Positions 10,590 to 20,104 of a stretch of 64,000 nt of DNA are shown here, piece after piece. The notes beneath the pieces are model-generated. The model made no database searches. It was given only the letters and a program-made list of their open reading frames with translations, and was not told where the DNA came from. Numbering within the stretch: the first letter of the stretch is position 1; each line of letters starts with the position of its first letter. The stretch is from Nitrosopumilus sp. (GTDB lineage Archaea > Thermoproteota > Nitrososphaeria > Nitrososphaerales > Nitrosopumilaceae): positions 27,523-91,522 of the forward strand of contig JAMHKV010000002.1 of the NCBI GenBank assembly GCA_028439825.1, given 5' to 3'. The position numbers and the translations under genes are program-made.

Positions 10590-11851
10590 ATCAAAAAATC
10601 ATAAATGCACGTGTAACTTTTCGTAACTCACCAATCCATATTTTAGAGAAATTTACTATCAAAGATGTTGAAAACGCATATCAGCAATTTAAAAAACATT
10701 CAGAATTAGATGAATGTGTAATAATTCAAACTTGCAATAGAATTGAATTATTTGCAAAATCAAAATCAGACAACATAGATAAAATTAAAAAAACATGGGC
10801 AAGCATAACAGGACTTGATGAAGAAACATTTAATGAAAATATAGAATTTGTAGAAAATCAGGAAGCAATGCATCACCTGTTAAAGTTAACGTCAGGCTTA
10901 GATTCAATGGTATTAGGTGAAGAACAAATTTTAGGCCAAATAAAAAACTCCCTAACTTCAGCTAGAGAAGTAAAAGCGTCAGGTCAACATCTCAATACAT
11001 TGTTTGATAAGGCAATCAGAATGGGAACTAGGATTAGAAATTCTAGCGGGATTGGCAAAGGTGGGATATCAGTAGGATCAATGGCAGTAAAACTTGCAGA
11101 AGAAAATATTGATGAGTTAAAAACAAAGAAAATTCTTTTGATTGGAACTGGAGAAGTATCAACCCTAGTTGCAAAATCATTACAAAGAAGAGGGTATGAA
11201 TTTAATGTTACAAGTAGAACTATTGGAAGATCAGAAACATTTTGTGAAACAATGGGAGGAAAGCCAATTAAGTTTGAAGAAGTTTTATCAGGATTTAACA
11301 GATACGATATAATATTTGTTGCAACAACTGCACCATACTTTCTGGTAACACAAGAAAGAATCACAGACGCAATGAAAAATAAAAATAACGGAATGATGAT
11401 ACTTGATTTATCAAATCCAAGAACGGTAGATGAAAAAGTAGCAACCATTGGAGGAGTTAAACTAATGAATTTAGATCAAATTGCAGAAATGGTTGAGAAA
11501 AACATGAATGCCAGATTAAACAAGGTGAAAACCGTTGAAAATATAATTAGAGAAGAAGTATCAGTATTAGAAGCCTCAATGAAAAGATTAGATGCAGAAC
11601 CACTTGTAACGGACGTATTCAAAAGTATAGAGGATCTCAGAGAAAAAGAACTACAAAAAGCGCTACAAATGTTAGGTGAGAAAGATGAGAGAAAAATCAA
11701 AATTATTGAAGAATTAACAAAAGCAGTGGTAGAGAGTATTGTGTCAACCCCAATGAATAATATCAGAAAAGCATCGGAACAAGGTCAACCAGGTGTATTA
11801 GAATTAGCCAGTAAGTTATTTGACTATAAAAAACAAAATCAGGCTGACTAG
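10580..11851 (+). CDS. hemA: glutamyl-tRNA reductase
   Basis: TCNRIE, SGLDSMVLGEEQILGQ, LLIGTGE, DLSNPR. Confidence 0.97.
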   Translation: MEMNQKIINARVTFRNSPIHILEKFTIKDVENAYQQFKKHSELDECVIIQTCNRIELFAKSKSDNIDKIKKTWASITGLDEETFNENIEFVENQEAMHHLLKLTSGLDSMVLGEEQILGQIKNSLTSAREVKASGQHLNTLFDKAIRMGTRIRNSSGIGKGGISVGSMAVKLAEENIDELKTKKILLIGTGEVSTLVAKSLQRRGYEFNVTSRTIGRSETFCETMGGKPIKFEEVLSGFNRYDIIFVATTAPYFLVTQERITDAMKNKNNGMMILDLSNPRTVDEKVATIGGVKLMNLDQIAEMVEKNMNARLNKVKTVENIIREEVSVLEASMKRLDAEPLVTDVFKSIEDLREKELQKALQMLGEKDERKIKIIEELTKAVVESIVSTPMNNIRKASEQGQPGVLELASKLFDYKKQNQAD

Positions 11852-11882
11852 GATTATATTTTAGCCAGAATAAATTTTAAAC

Positions 11883-12863
11883 ATGTCATTTCCCACTAAA
11901 CGTCTTAGAAGATTACGAATCTCAGAGAAAATGAGAGAATTAGTTCAAGAAACCACATTAACACCTAAAGATTTCATTTGTCCAGTATTTGTTCAAGAGG
12001 ATCTTAAAACAAGAATCAAAGTTGAATCAATGTCAGAAATTGAAAGATTGCCATTGGAAGAGGTAAATGATGAAGTTAAAACAATTATAGATTTAGGAAT
12101 TCCTGCAATCATGTTATTTGGAATCCCAACACAAAAAGATGAAGTGGGAAGTTCAGCTTTTGATGACAACGGTATTGTTCAAAAAGCAATTAGTCAAATC
12201 AGAAAAGAATTTGGTGATAAAATAGTAATCATGGCAGATGTTTGTTTATGTCAATTTACATCTACAGGTCATTGTGGAATTATTCAAGGTGATAAAATTG
12301 ATAACGATACGAGTTTGGACATACTTGCAAAGATTGCCATTAGTCAAGCTAAAGCAGGAGTAGATACAGTTTCACCATCTGCAATGATGGATGGTCAAGT
12401 TGCCGCAATAAGAACAGCTCTGGACGATAAAGGATTTACAGATGTTTCTATAATGTCACATTCAGCAAAACATCGTTCAAATTTTTATGCGCCATTTAGA
12501 GATGCTGCAGAATGTGCACCAAAATTTGGGGATAGAAAAACATACCAAGTTCCATTTACAAATGCAAGAGAGGCAATGATGGAAGTAGAGACGGACATCA
12601 ATGAAGGTGTAGACATTGTAATGATTAAACCAGCATTAGCGTATTTGGATTTAATTGCAGAGACCAGAAGAAAATACAACATTCCAGTAGCAGCTTATAG
12701 TGTTTCTGGAGAATATGCACTGGTAAAAGCTGCATCCCAATTAGGATATGTAAATGAAAAAGACATCACATTAGAGATTCTTCATTCAATTAAAAGAGCA
12801 GGTGCAGACATGATAGTTACATATTTTGCAAAATCAGCATCAAGATTTCTTCAGGAATCATGA
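11883..12863 (+). CDS. hemB: porphobilinogen synthase (Zn-type)
   Basis: DVCLCQFTSTGHCG, PSAMMDG, MIKPALAYLD, YSVSGEY. Confidence 0.97.
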   Translation: MSFPTKRLRRLRISEKMRELVQETTLTPKDFICPVFVQEDLKTRIKVESMSEIERLPLEEVNDEVKTIIDLGIPAIMLFGIPTQKDEVGSSAFDDNGIVQKAISQIRKEFGDKIVIMADVCLCQFTSTGHCGIIQGDKIDNDTSLDILAKIAISQAKAGVDTVSPSAMMDGQVAAIRTALDDKGFTDVSIMSHSAKHRSNFYAPFRDAAECAPKFGDRKTYQVPFTNAREAMMEVETDINEGVDIVMIKPALAYLDLIAETRRKYNIPVAAYSVSGEYALVKAASQLGYVNEKDITLEILHSIKRAGADMIVTYFAKSASRFLQES

Positions 12864-13171
12864 GAAACGACGAACGATTTGAAATACAAAGGGCATTCGA
12901 CTTATTGCCACATGTTGTAGGAGCAAGTTGGACAGCAGTATGGTTCAGAATGCAAGGGATTAGAAAACCACTAAGAGAAGAATTCAGAGAGAAAACATTA
13001 GAATATCTAAAAATGATTGAACCGGTTTTTGATTCATATCCAAAAAATGAGGATTTTGAAGAAATTTGCAAATACATAGAATCTAGAAAAAAACTGGAAT
13101 ATGAAAAAATAATTTCAGGTGAAAATAATGAAATAGAAACTAGATACGACAGATATGTAGATTATGGTTAA
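12860..13171 (+). CDS. conserved hypothetical protein
   Basis: 103-aa ORF with ATGA overlap on the hemB stop. Confidence 0.65.
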   Translation: MRNDERFEIQRAFDLLPHVVGASWTAVWFRMQGIRKPLREEFREKTLEYLKMIEPVFDSYPKNEDFEEICKYIESRKKLEYEKIISGENNEIETRYDRYVDYG

Positions 13172-13788
13172 ACTTCATTTTCCAATTCTTTTAAAAATGT
13201 CCTGAGTACTTTAGTTCTTTTTTTAGCTTCAATTTTACCAGATTTTGTATTCATCATAAATTCTAGTTTGAGTAATTTATTGAAAAAATGATCAACAGCC
13301 CAAAGATTATCATCAGGGTTTCTTTTAGTGCAAAAAGGATCATCTATGTTGTAAAAAGGTCGATTAAGAGAACCACTAGTAGCAAAAACTCTTGCAATTC
13401 CTATAGCACCCAAAGCATCCAACCTATCAGCATCTTGTAATATTTTTCCTTCAAGAGTTTGGGGAATTTTATTTTGAGAAAAACTATGATCAGCAATAGC
13501 ATTAGAAACAATAGTGATTTCTTCATCAGTGAATTCATATTTTTTTAAAATTAATTTTGATTTTTTTGCGCTTTCTATAGAAGAAAGTTTAGAACGTGTA
13601 CTAGATTTAGGGTATGAAACAATATCATGCAGTAATGCAGCACTAAGAGTTAATTTTTGATTTGCTTTTTCTTTTTTACTTATTTTTTGAGCATTGTTAT
13701 AAACTCGCATAACATGTTCAAAATCATGTGCAGGATCATTGTCCATTATTTTGATTACTTCATTTTTTATAGAATCAAGAACTTTCAT
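13168..13788 (-). CDS. HD-domain phosphohydrolase
   Basis: AHDFEHV.RV, AALLHDI, LQDADRLDALGAIG. Confidence 0.92.
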   Translation of the reverse strand: MKVLDSIKNEVIKIMDNDPAHDFEHVMRVYNNAQKISKKEKANQKLTLSAALLHDIVSYPKSSTRSKLSSIESAKKSKLILKKYEFTDEEITIVSNAIADHSFSQNKIPQTLEGKILQDADRLDALGAIGIARVFATSGSLNRPFYNIDDPFCTKRNPDDNLWAVDHFFNKLLKLEFMMNTKSGKIEAKKRTKVLRTFLKELENEV

Positions 13789-14412
13789 TTAGAATCTCCA
13801 TATTTTGGGTTTAACAAATTTAATTTTTCTTTGAGTAAGTAATACTGTCCAATTAACACATGCAAATAAAATAATCAATATAATTCCAATACCATCAATT
13901 AGAAGAATTCCAGTAAGACGATCCTCAAACATTTCTAAAAAGGGGGTTAAAACAGTATTTCCAAAATAGATCATTATAATATAAGAAATAGTTCTACCAA
14001 ACCAAAATCCAACATAGATACCGACACTTTTTGCACGCATTAGACCATATGTGATAAATAAAATATTACTTGGAAGAGGTGTCGCACCAAACAAAAAAGA
14101 TGCAATTAGATAGCCATGTTTTTTCTTATTCAAATAAGATCCAATCATATCAAGATTAGATTTCTGTTCTTCTCCAACAAATTTTCTAAATAATCCACTA
14201 ATTCTTTTTAGAAAAAATCTGCCAATAGTGGCACCGGTAGCACCAACTACAGCAAGAAGTATGATATTCAAAGTAGGGTCAAGAAGGTAAAAAGATGTTA
14301 AAACTATCCAACTAGGAGGCATTAAGATCGGTGATGCATTTACACCAATCAATATAAGAAAAATTCCAAAATAGGAAAATTCGCCAAAAAGCTCAAAAAT
14401 ATCAAATGCCAT
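13789..14412 (-). CDS. DedA/SNARE-associated-like membrane protein
   Basis: several TM segments, GATGATIG and TPLP motifs. Confidence 0.7.
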   Translation of the reverse strand: MAFDIFELFGEFSYFGIFLILIGVNASPILMPPSWIVLTSFYLLDPTLNIILLAVVGATGATIGRFFLKRISGLFRKFVGEEQKSNLDMIGSYLNKKKHGYLIASFLFGATPLPSNILFITYGLMRAKSVGIYVGFWFGRTISYIIMIYFGNTVLTPFLEMFEDRLTGILLIDGIGIILIILFACVNWTVLLTQRKIKFVKPKIWRF

Positions 14413-14592
14413 TGAAAAATTATATAACTATTTTGTTTCTAAACCCTTTGATTCATTTTTAGTCGGTAAATAATACGATAATGATCTAAAAAAACCAAAA
14501 AATTACATGTTTCTGAAAACAATGATCATGTTTTGGAAGAAATCGGATCAATCATGCAATATCTTTATAAGCAAATTATACATAATTTACGT

Positions 14593-14715
14593 GTGACAGA
14601 ACTAATTTGGAAGTGTTTTAGATGCAATTTATCATTTAAAGATGATAATTTAGCAGAAATACACAAAAAAATTTCAAATCACTCAGTAACTAAAGTAAAA
14701 ACAATAGTTGTATAA
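14593..14715 (+). CDS. small C2H2-type Zn-finger protein (GTG start, 40 aa)
   Basis: MTELIWKCFRCNLSFKDDNLAEIHKKISNH; TATA-like TTTATAA about 25-30 bp upstream of the GTG. Confidence 0.6.
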   Translation: MTELIWKCFRCNLSFKDDNLAEIHKKISNHSVTKVKTIVV

Positions 14716-14760
14716 TTTTTAGAACCAATTTTTTGAATGAATCATTGAGAAATAAGATAA

Positions 14761-14864
14761 TGGTGCAGAGGGTGGGATTCGAACCCACGAACTCCTAAGA
14801 GAAGGGATTTCCTATATTAGAGATCTTGAGTCCCTCTCGGTTGACCAGGCTTCGATACCTCTGC
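14761..14864 (-). tRNA. tRNA-Leu(CAA) with a 16-nt intron at 37/38 and encoded CCA
   Basis: minus strand GCAGAGG...AGGGA-CTCAAG-[ATCTCTAATATAGGAA]-A-TCCCT, long variable arm, GTGGGTTCGAATCCCAC, CCTCTGC-ACCA; intron at 14809-14824. Confidence 0.95.
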
Positions 14865-14973
14865 AACAATACTAGATTATTCCGATATTTTTTAATTACT
14901 ATTGTAATTACAAAATCATTTTTTTAGAAATTTTTTAACAAAGCTTATAATCGAAAGGATTATTGACAAACAC

Positions 14974-15288
14974 ATGTCAGAATCAATACCAATTTCAGAA
15001 GCAAAGAAAACCAAAAGCGGTGTCAATGTTGAAGCTGAAGTTATCTCTAAAGGAGAACCGAGAACGGTAAATCTCAAAACTGGCGGAACAGTAGATGTTT
15101 GTGATGCAGTAATATCTAATGCTGATGGAACTGAAGAAAACCAAATGAAACTCACATTGTGGGGTGACGATATCAAAGCAGTTAATGTCGGAGATAAAGT
15201 CCAAATAGAAAATGGTTACACAAATGAGTTCAAAGGTGAAGTATCCCTAACCAAAGGAAAATTTGGTAAGATGAACATAAATCCTTAA
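14974..15288 (+). CDS. single OB-fold single-stranded DNA-binding protein
   Basis: V.AEVISKGEPR.V...MKLTLWG....VNVGD.V.IENGY...FKGEV.L..GKFG. Confidence 0.88.
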   Translation: MSESIPISEAKKTKSGVNVEAEVISKGEPRTVNLKTGGTVDVCDAVISNADGTEENQMKLTLWGDDIKAVNVGDKVQIENGYTNEFKGEVSLTKGKFGKMNINP

Positions 15289-15890
15289 TAATTTCGCTTA
15301 TTATCTAATTTATTTTTTAAATCTAATATCGTCACGATTATTCCAATTAATAGAATTATAATTCCAAGGATAATTAAAAATCCTGAAATTATTAGAGATA
15401 AAAGCATATCCATCATAGGGGAATTAGGATTTGAAAATGCATCAGAGTTTTCAGGGTCCTCAGAAAACATAACCATAGTATCAATTATTCTAGTACCAGT
15501 ATTTTTAATTTGAAAATTTAGTGTGTCAGATTGATCAATCATAGTTGTTGTGAATAAAACAGAATCATTTTGAACGAATTCCCCATAGGAATCTCCAAAA
15601 ATATTTGAAATTTGTATGTATAACATATCGCCATATTGGTAATCAATTATTTGAATTCCCCACAATAAAGGAACATCAGATAAAGAGGTAGTGTAGGAGG
15701 TATAGATTACATCCCCAGGCATGATTTGAAAAGTTTCAGAAACATCATCAAACATTCCTTCAAAAAGAGAAGATACCAAAAAAGTTTCATCTTCTGAAAT
15801 ATCAGAAGGTACACTAGAAATTGCAATTAAAAGTGAAATCAAAATCAAACTAAAACCAACAAATGCAATAATAGGCCCGTATTTTTTCAT
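15285..15890 (-). CDS. hypothetical membrane protein (N- and C-terminal TM)
   Basis: hydrophobic termini around an acidic soluble domain. Confidence 0.7.
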   Translation of the reverse strand: MKKYGPIIAFVGFSLILISLLIAISSVPSDISEDETFLVSSLFEGMFDDVSETFQIMPGDVIYTSYTTSLSDVPLLWGIQIIDYQYGDMLYIQISNIFGDSYGEFVQNDSVLFTTTMIDQSDTLNFQIKNTGTRIIDTMVMFSEDPENSDAFSNPNSPMMDMLLSLIISGFLIILGIIILLIGIIVTILDLKNKLDNKRNY

Positions 15891-15948
15891 CTTAAAAATT
15901 AATGATGGCCTTAATCATTATAAAGTACATTAGGCAATACTAAAAAAT

Positions 15949-16869
15949 TTAACGTCTAGTTTTCTTTGCTGGTTTTCTCTTAGCTGCAGTTTTCTTTGCT
16001 GGTTTTCTCTTAGCTGCAGTTTTCTTTGCTGGTTTTCTCTTAGCTGCAGTTTTCTTTGCTGGTTTTCTCTTAGCTGCAGTTTTCTTTGCTGGTTTTCTCT
16101 TAGCTGCAGTTTTCTTTGCTGGTTTTCTCTTAGCTGCAGTTTTCTTTGCTGGTTTTCTCTTAGCTGCAGTTTTCTTTGCTGGTTTTCTCTTAGCTGCAGT
16201 TTTCTTTGCTGGTTTTCTCTTAGCTGCAGTTTTCTTTGCAAGATATTCTTTTAATTTTGATGTTGCCCTGTCCAGGGTCTTTGTAATATTTTCTTCAGAT
16301 TTAGTCATTCTTTCAATATCTTGTATAACCTTTACAGCAGTCTTATGACTAGTAGTTAACTTAGTACGTAGAGATGGCTTTGATTGAGTTTGTTTTTTAA
16401 TTTGTGTTGTAATTTTAGATTTAAGTTCATCAAATGTAGAAACTTCACTAGTTATTTTTTTTAGTGTTTTTTGTCTAATTTTAATTTCAGAAATTAGTTC
16501 CTGGAGATGACTGTTTAATGATCGTAATCTAGCCTCAGCACTTTGTTTTTCTTCAGGAGTTTCAGCAAATTCAATTTCTTGCTCAGTTTGTTCAATTATC
16601 TCTTTTTCAGCATTAATACGGTCTTCAGCAAAAGATACCAATCTCTGAATACTTTCAACTTGAGCATTTTTTCTAGCAAGATTATCTGAAACATCTGAAA
16701 CATCCTCTTTCTCAGATTCAATCTTTTTATCAACATTATGTAATCCAGTGGAAGAACGTTTTTCAATAGATTGAAGTAGGCGAAGTTCGTTCTCAGCATT
16801 TTGTTTTGATTGTATTGCTGCTTTCTTTTTTTGACGTAATTGAATTACTGTTTGTTCTAAGGATTCCAA
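15949..16869 (-). CDS. coiled-coil protein with histone-H1-like (KKTAAKRKPA)n basic tail
   Basis: about 210 aa of heptad-rich sequence followed by 9 copies of KKTAAKRKPA. Confidence 0.8.
   Translation of the reverse strand: MESLEQTVIQLRQKKKAAIQSKQNAENELRLLQSIEKRSSTGLHNVDKKIESEKEDVSDVSDNLARKNAQVESIQRLVSFAEDRINAEKEIIEQTEQEIEFAETPEEKQSAEARLRSLNSHLQELISEIKIRQKTLKKITSEVSTFDELKSKITTQIKKQTQSKPSLRTKLTTSHKTAVKVIQDIERMTKSEENITKTLDRATSKLKEYLAKKTAAKRKPAKKTAAKRKPAKKTAAKRKPAKKTAAKRKPAKKTAAKRKPAKKTAAKRKPAKKTAAKRKPAKKTAAKRKPAKKTAAKRKPAKKTRR
15958..16239. repeat. perfect 30-bp tandem repeat, about 9.4 copies
   Basis: TTTCTTTGCTGGTTTTCTCTTAGCTGCAGT repeated without mismatch from 15961 to 16230, plus partial flanks. 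Confidence 0.99.
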
Positions 16870-17004
16870 TGTCTATCTCAAATAAAGGAGGAGATTAAGT
16901 TGTTAACATGATCAGGATTTGACTTTTGTGTTAAGAAAATTAACTAACATTAATGGAAAAAAGGATTTTTTAAAAAATATTAGTGACAATAGTTTAGTAA
17001 AACC

Positions 17005-17316
17005 ATGGATTTTCATCCAAAAGATCTACCAATATCAAAAACATATGATGTAAAAAATGAAAATGAGGCAGTGCAAGCAGTAGAAGACATGGTAAATTTA
17101 GGATTTAAAGATAAAAAATCAGGTTACAAAGTTTTAATGCCAAAAGAAAGTAAAATTGCAAAAAGAATAGGATATACAGTTACCACGGGTGTAACAAAAG
17201 GGCTTAGACAGAAAAATGAAACAAGGGATGTAAAGTATTGGACGTATCACCATAACGAAGATCATTTTGCAATTGTTTTAATTGATAATTCAACTCTAAC
17301 AGAACTAGGTTTTTGA
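17005..17316 (+). CDS. conserved hypothetical protein
   Basis: 103-aa ORF with normal codon usage. Confidence 0.7.
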   Translation: MDFHPKDLPISKTYDVKNENEAVQAVEDMVNLGFKDKKSGYKVLMPKESKIAKRIGYTVTTGVTKGLRQKNETRDVKYWTYHHNEDHFAIVLIDNSTLTELGF

Positions 17317-17973
17317 TTTATCAAAAATTTGATATAATTTCGTTCTATTTGCCATAACCCCAGCAAGCATGACACCAATTATAGTTCCACCAATTACATC
17401 CATTGGAAAATGTTGTAAAACATACAATCTACTAAGAGAGATCATTGCAGGATAAATGAATATCAAATATGCACCGCGAGGGAATCTCTCAGATAACGCA
17501 TAGCCCAAAATAATTGCAAATATCATTGATCTAGCGGCATGGCCAGAAGGGTATGAAGCATCAAAACCACCTTCGCAAAATAATGCAAATGTATCACGAC
17601 TAATTTGTACGGGAAATTCAACCCCAAGATAATCATAATCAGGTCTATCCCTGTCAACACCGCATTTGATGTATCCTGTAAGAAGCGTAGAAATTACAAT
17701 CAAAATTAAAAGGGTGATTCCAACTCTACGAGTTTTTGGAATCAATAATATTATAATTGCAAACATCATCATGTTGAAAACATCACCACTTTCTGTAACA
17801 TATTGCATAACAAGGTCTAAAGTGGAATTTCCAACATTCTCCGAAAAGAAAAGAATTACATTTTGATCAAAGTCATCAGTTAATTCAAAAAATACAAGAG
17901 ATGTCAAAAAAAGGAAGAGTGCAGTCAATAAGACAAAAGAACGCGACCGAATATCAAAAAGCCAATTTTTCAA
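17305..17973 (-). CDS. PAP2-family membrane phosphatase
   Basis: K....R.RP, SYPSGH, SRLYVLQHFPMDV. Confidence 0.93.
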   Translation of the reverse strand: MKNWLFDIRSRSFVLLTALFLFLTSLVFFELTDDFDQNVILFFSENVGNSTLDLVMQYVTESGDVFNMMMFAIIILLIPKTRRVGITLLILIVISTLLTGYIKCGVDRDRPDYDYLGVEFPVQISRDTFALFCEGGFDASYPSGHAARSMIFAIILGYALSERFPRGAYLIFIYPAMISLSRLYVLQHFPMDVIGGTIIGVMLAGVMANRTKLYQIFDKSKT

Positions 17974-18113
17974 TTAATTAAACCTCAACAATATACAGTT
18001 TAATTTACATTAATACATAACTTTTAAAAAATAAGCCACACAATGCAAACAAAATCCATAACAATAATTATGATCGGCTCAAAGATTTTAACCAAGCATA
18101 TACTAGAAAAATT

Positions 18114-19322
18114 GTGAAAATACTCACATTAGATGACTTTGATCTAAAGGGAAAAACAGTTTTTGTCAGAATGGATATGAATTGTCCCATAGATCCAGAA
18201 ACTAATGAAATTCTGGGTACAAAAAGAATTGAAGAAGCAATTGAAACTCTAGAATCATTAAAAGATTCCAAAGTAGTAATAGCATCACATCAAGGAAGAG
18301 TAGGAAATAACGAGTATACAGGGATGAATAAGCATGCAGAAGTTCTTGAAAAATTAATGAATAGAAAAATAAAATATGTTGAAGATACTATCGGAGAAGC
18401 TGCACAAAATGCAATTAAAAATTTAGAAGATGGAGAAATACTACTTCTAGATAACTTAAGATTGTGTGCTGAAGAGAATTATGAATTTACACCAGAAAAT
18501 GCTGCAAAAACAATAATGGTGTCAAGATTATCAAAATTATTTGATCTTTGTGTATTGGATTCATTTCCAAGTGCACATAGGTCACACCCATCAATCGTAG
18601 GATTTGCACAAGTGTTACCAGCATGTGCAGGACGAATTGTTGAAAGAGAAGTAAGAAATCTAGACACCATAATGACAGTTGCAAAAGCACCGCACGTAAT
18701 TATTCTAGGCGGTTCCAAAGTACCAGACAGATTAGAGGCAATAAAATTACTAATTCAAAACGGAAGAGCAGACCATGTTTTACTTACAGGGTTAATCGCA
18801 AATGTTTTCATGCGCGCTCAAGCCAGAATTAAATCACCTTTAGGAATTAAAAGAGAGGAAGAAATTGTTGCAAAAGCACATTCATTGATAGGAGAATATC
18901 CAGATGTATTTGCAACTCCAGTAGACGTTGCAATTGATAAAGATGGTCAAAGAGTAGAAATGGATGTCAGAGAGATAGAAAAGGAAGATAAAATTTTTGA
19001 CTTAGGTCCTAAAACAATTGAATATTATTCAAAATTAATTTCAGGTGCTGGAACTGTGTTCATCAGCGGTCCTGCAGGATTTTTTGAAAAAGAGAATTTC
19101 AAATACGGTACAACGCAAATGCTTACTTCAGTGGCAAATTCAATGGCAACAACAATTGTCAGTGGCGGACATTTAACAACAGCATTAAAGCAGCAAGGGT
19201 TAGCAGATAAAATCAATCATATTAGTACTGCAGGCGGAGCACTGGTACTGTATCTAACTGGAGAAAAACTTTCGATGATGAAGGCATTAGAAGATGCTGC
19301 AGAAAAACACAGATCTAAATAG
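18114..19322 (+). CDS. pgk: phosphoglycerate kinase
   Basis: RMDMNCP, SHQGR, LLDNLR, AHRSHPS, ILGGSK, HISTAGGA. Confidence 0.96.
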   Translation: MKILTLDDFDLKGKTVFVRMDMNCPIDPETNEILGTKRIEEAIETLESLKDSKVVIASHQGRVGNNEYTGMNKHAEVLEKLMNRKIKYVEDTIGEAAQNAIKNLEDGEILLLDNLRLCAEENYEFTPENAAKTIMVSRLSKLFDLCVLDSFPSAHRSHPSIVGFAQVLPACAGRIVEREVRNLDTIMTVAKAPHVIILGGSKVPDRLEAIKLLIQNGRADHVLLTGLIANVFMRAQARIKSPLGIKREEEIVAKAHSLIGEYPDVFATPVDVAIDKDGQRVEMDVREIEKEDKIFDLGPKTIEYYSKLISGAGTVFISGPAGFFEKENFKYGTTQMLTSVANSMATTIVSGGHLTTALKQQGLADKINHISTAGGALVLYLTGEKLSMMKALEDAAEKHRSK

Positions 19323-19662
19323 AAGATTTACAAGAAGGGTTGGGACAAGTTCTTTCTTCAGCAGTTCCAAGATAGATATCATTATCACAGGAATTACAAT
19401 GAAGTTTTTCAACAGTATCAAATAATTTTAGAAAAATAGTTGTAAAATTCTGAGCTATGTTTCGCGTAAGACCAGAATCACAAAGATCATTGAATAAAGA
19501 TTCAGTATCATCAATTATCCAAGAAGAATCAATGTCACCGTTAGATTTGAGAATTTCAAAAATTTGATCATTTGTAAATTTTGTATCAGTGTCATTAAAT
19601 TTTTCAAAGATAATTTTTCTTATTTGTAATGAGATTGGAATTAAAGGCGAAAAATCACTCAT
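19315..19662 (-). CDS. hypothetical protein, wHTH-like N-terminus with a C-terminal 4-Cys ribbon
   Basis: CNSC...CPNPSC; last gene of the suf run, 1 nt after sufU. Confidence 0.65.
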   Translation of the reverse strand: MSDFSPLIPISLQIRKIIFEKFNDTDTKFTNDQIFEILKSNGDIDSSWIIDDTESLFNDLCDSGLTRNIAQNFTTIFLKLFDTVEKLHCNSCDNDIYLGTAEERTCPNPSCKSSI

Positions 19663-19663
19663 G

Positions 19664-20104
19664 CTAATACAGATTCTCGGCCTCTGTTTTTAGGTTATCT
19701 ATACCATCAGTATTTTCAAGATGAGAGCCAAGATAGGTATACAATGCAGATTTGAGGACCTTAAGAGACAACAAAGCACATTTTATTCTAACAGCCTGTA
19801 AATGTTCAAGACCCAATTCACTTAAGATGTCATTTTTTTCAATTTTCTTAACATCGTCAAGAGATTTTCCTTTAGTAATCTCAGTTAGAACTGAAGTGCA
19901 AGCCATACAAATTGCACATCCCTTTCCATGAAATTTAATATCAGTTACCTTGTCATCATCAATTTTCATATCAATATCAATACTATCACCACATAGAGGG
20001 TTGGAATCATGAAACGTAACATCATGATTTTCAATTTCTCCATAGTTGATAGGATTTCTTGAATAATCAACAATCATTTCATGGTAGATATCAGTGCCGC
20101 TCAT
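19664..20104 (-). CDS. Fe-S scaffold / sulfurtransferase SufU (IscU/NifU-N family)
   Basis: NPLCGD.I, FHGKGCAIC.A, RIKCALL. Confidence 0.93.
   Translation of the reverse strand: MSGTDIYHEMIVDYSRNPINYGEIENHDVTFHDSNPLCGDSIDIDMKIDDDKVTDIKFHGKGCAICMACTSVLTEITKGKSLDDVKKIEKNDILSELGLEHLQAVRIKCALLSLKVLKSALYTYLGSHLENTDGIDNLKTEAENLY

Noticed and set aside
15958-16239. 30-bp repeats as a CRISPR array
   Set aside because: Head-to-tail units with no spacers, in frame within a CDS; no cas genes in the window.
15930-16241. ORF with (QRKLQLRENQ)n repeats
   Set aside because: Alternative frame of the 30-bp repeat inside the 15949-16869 gene.
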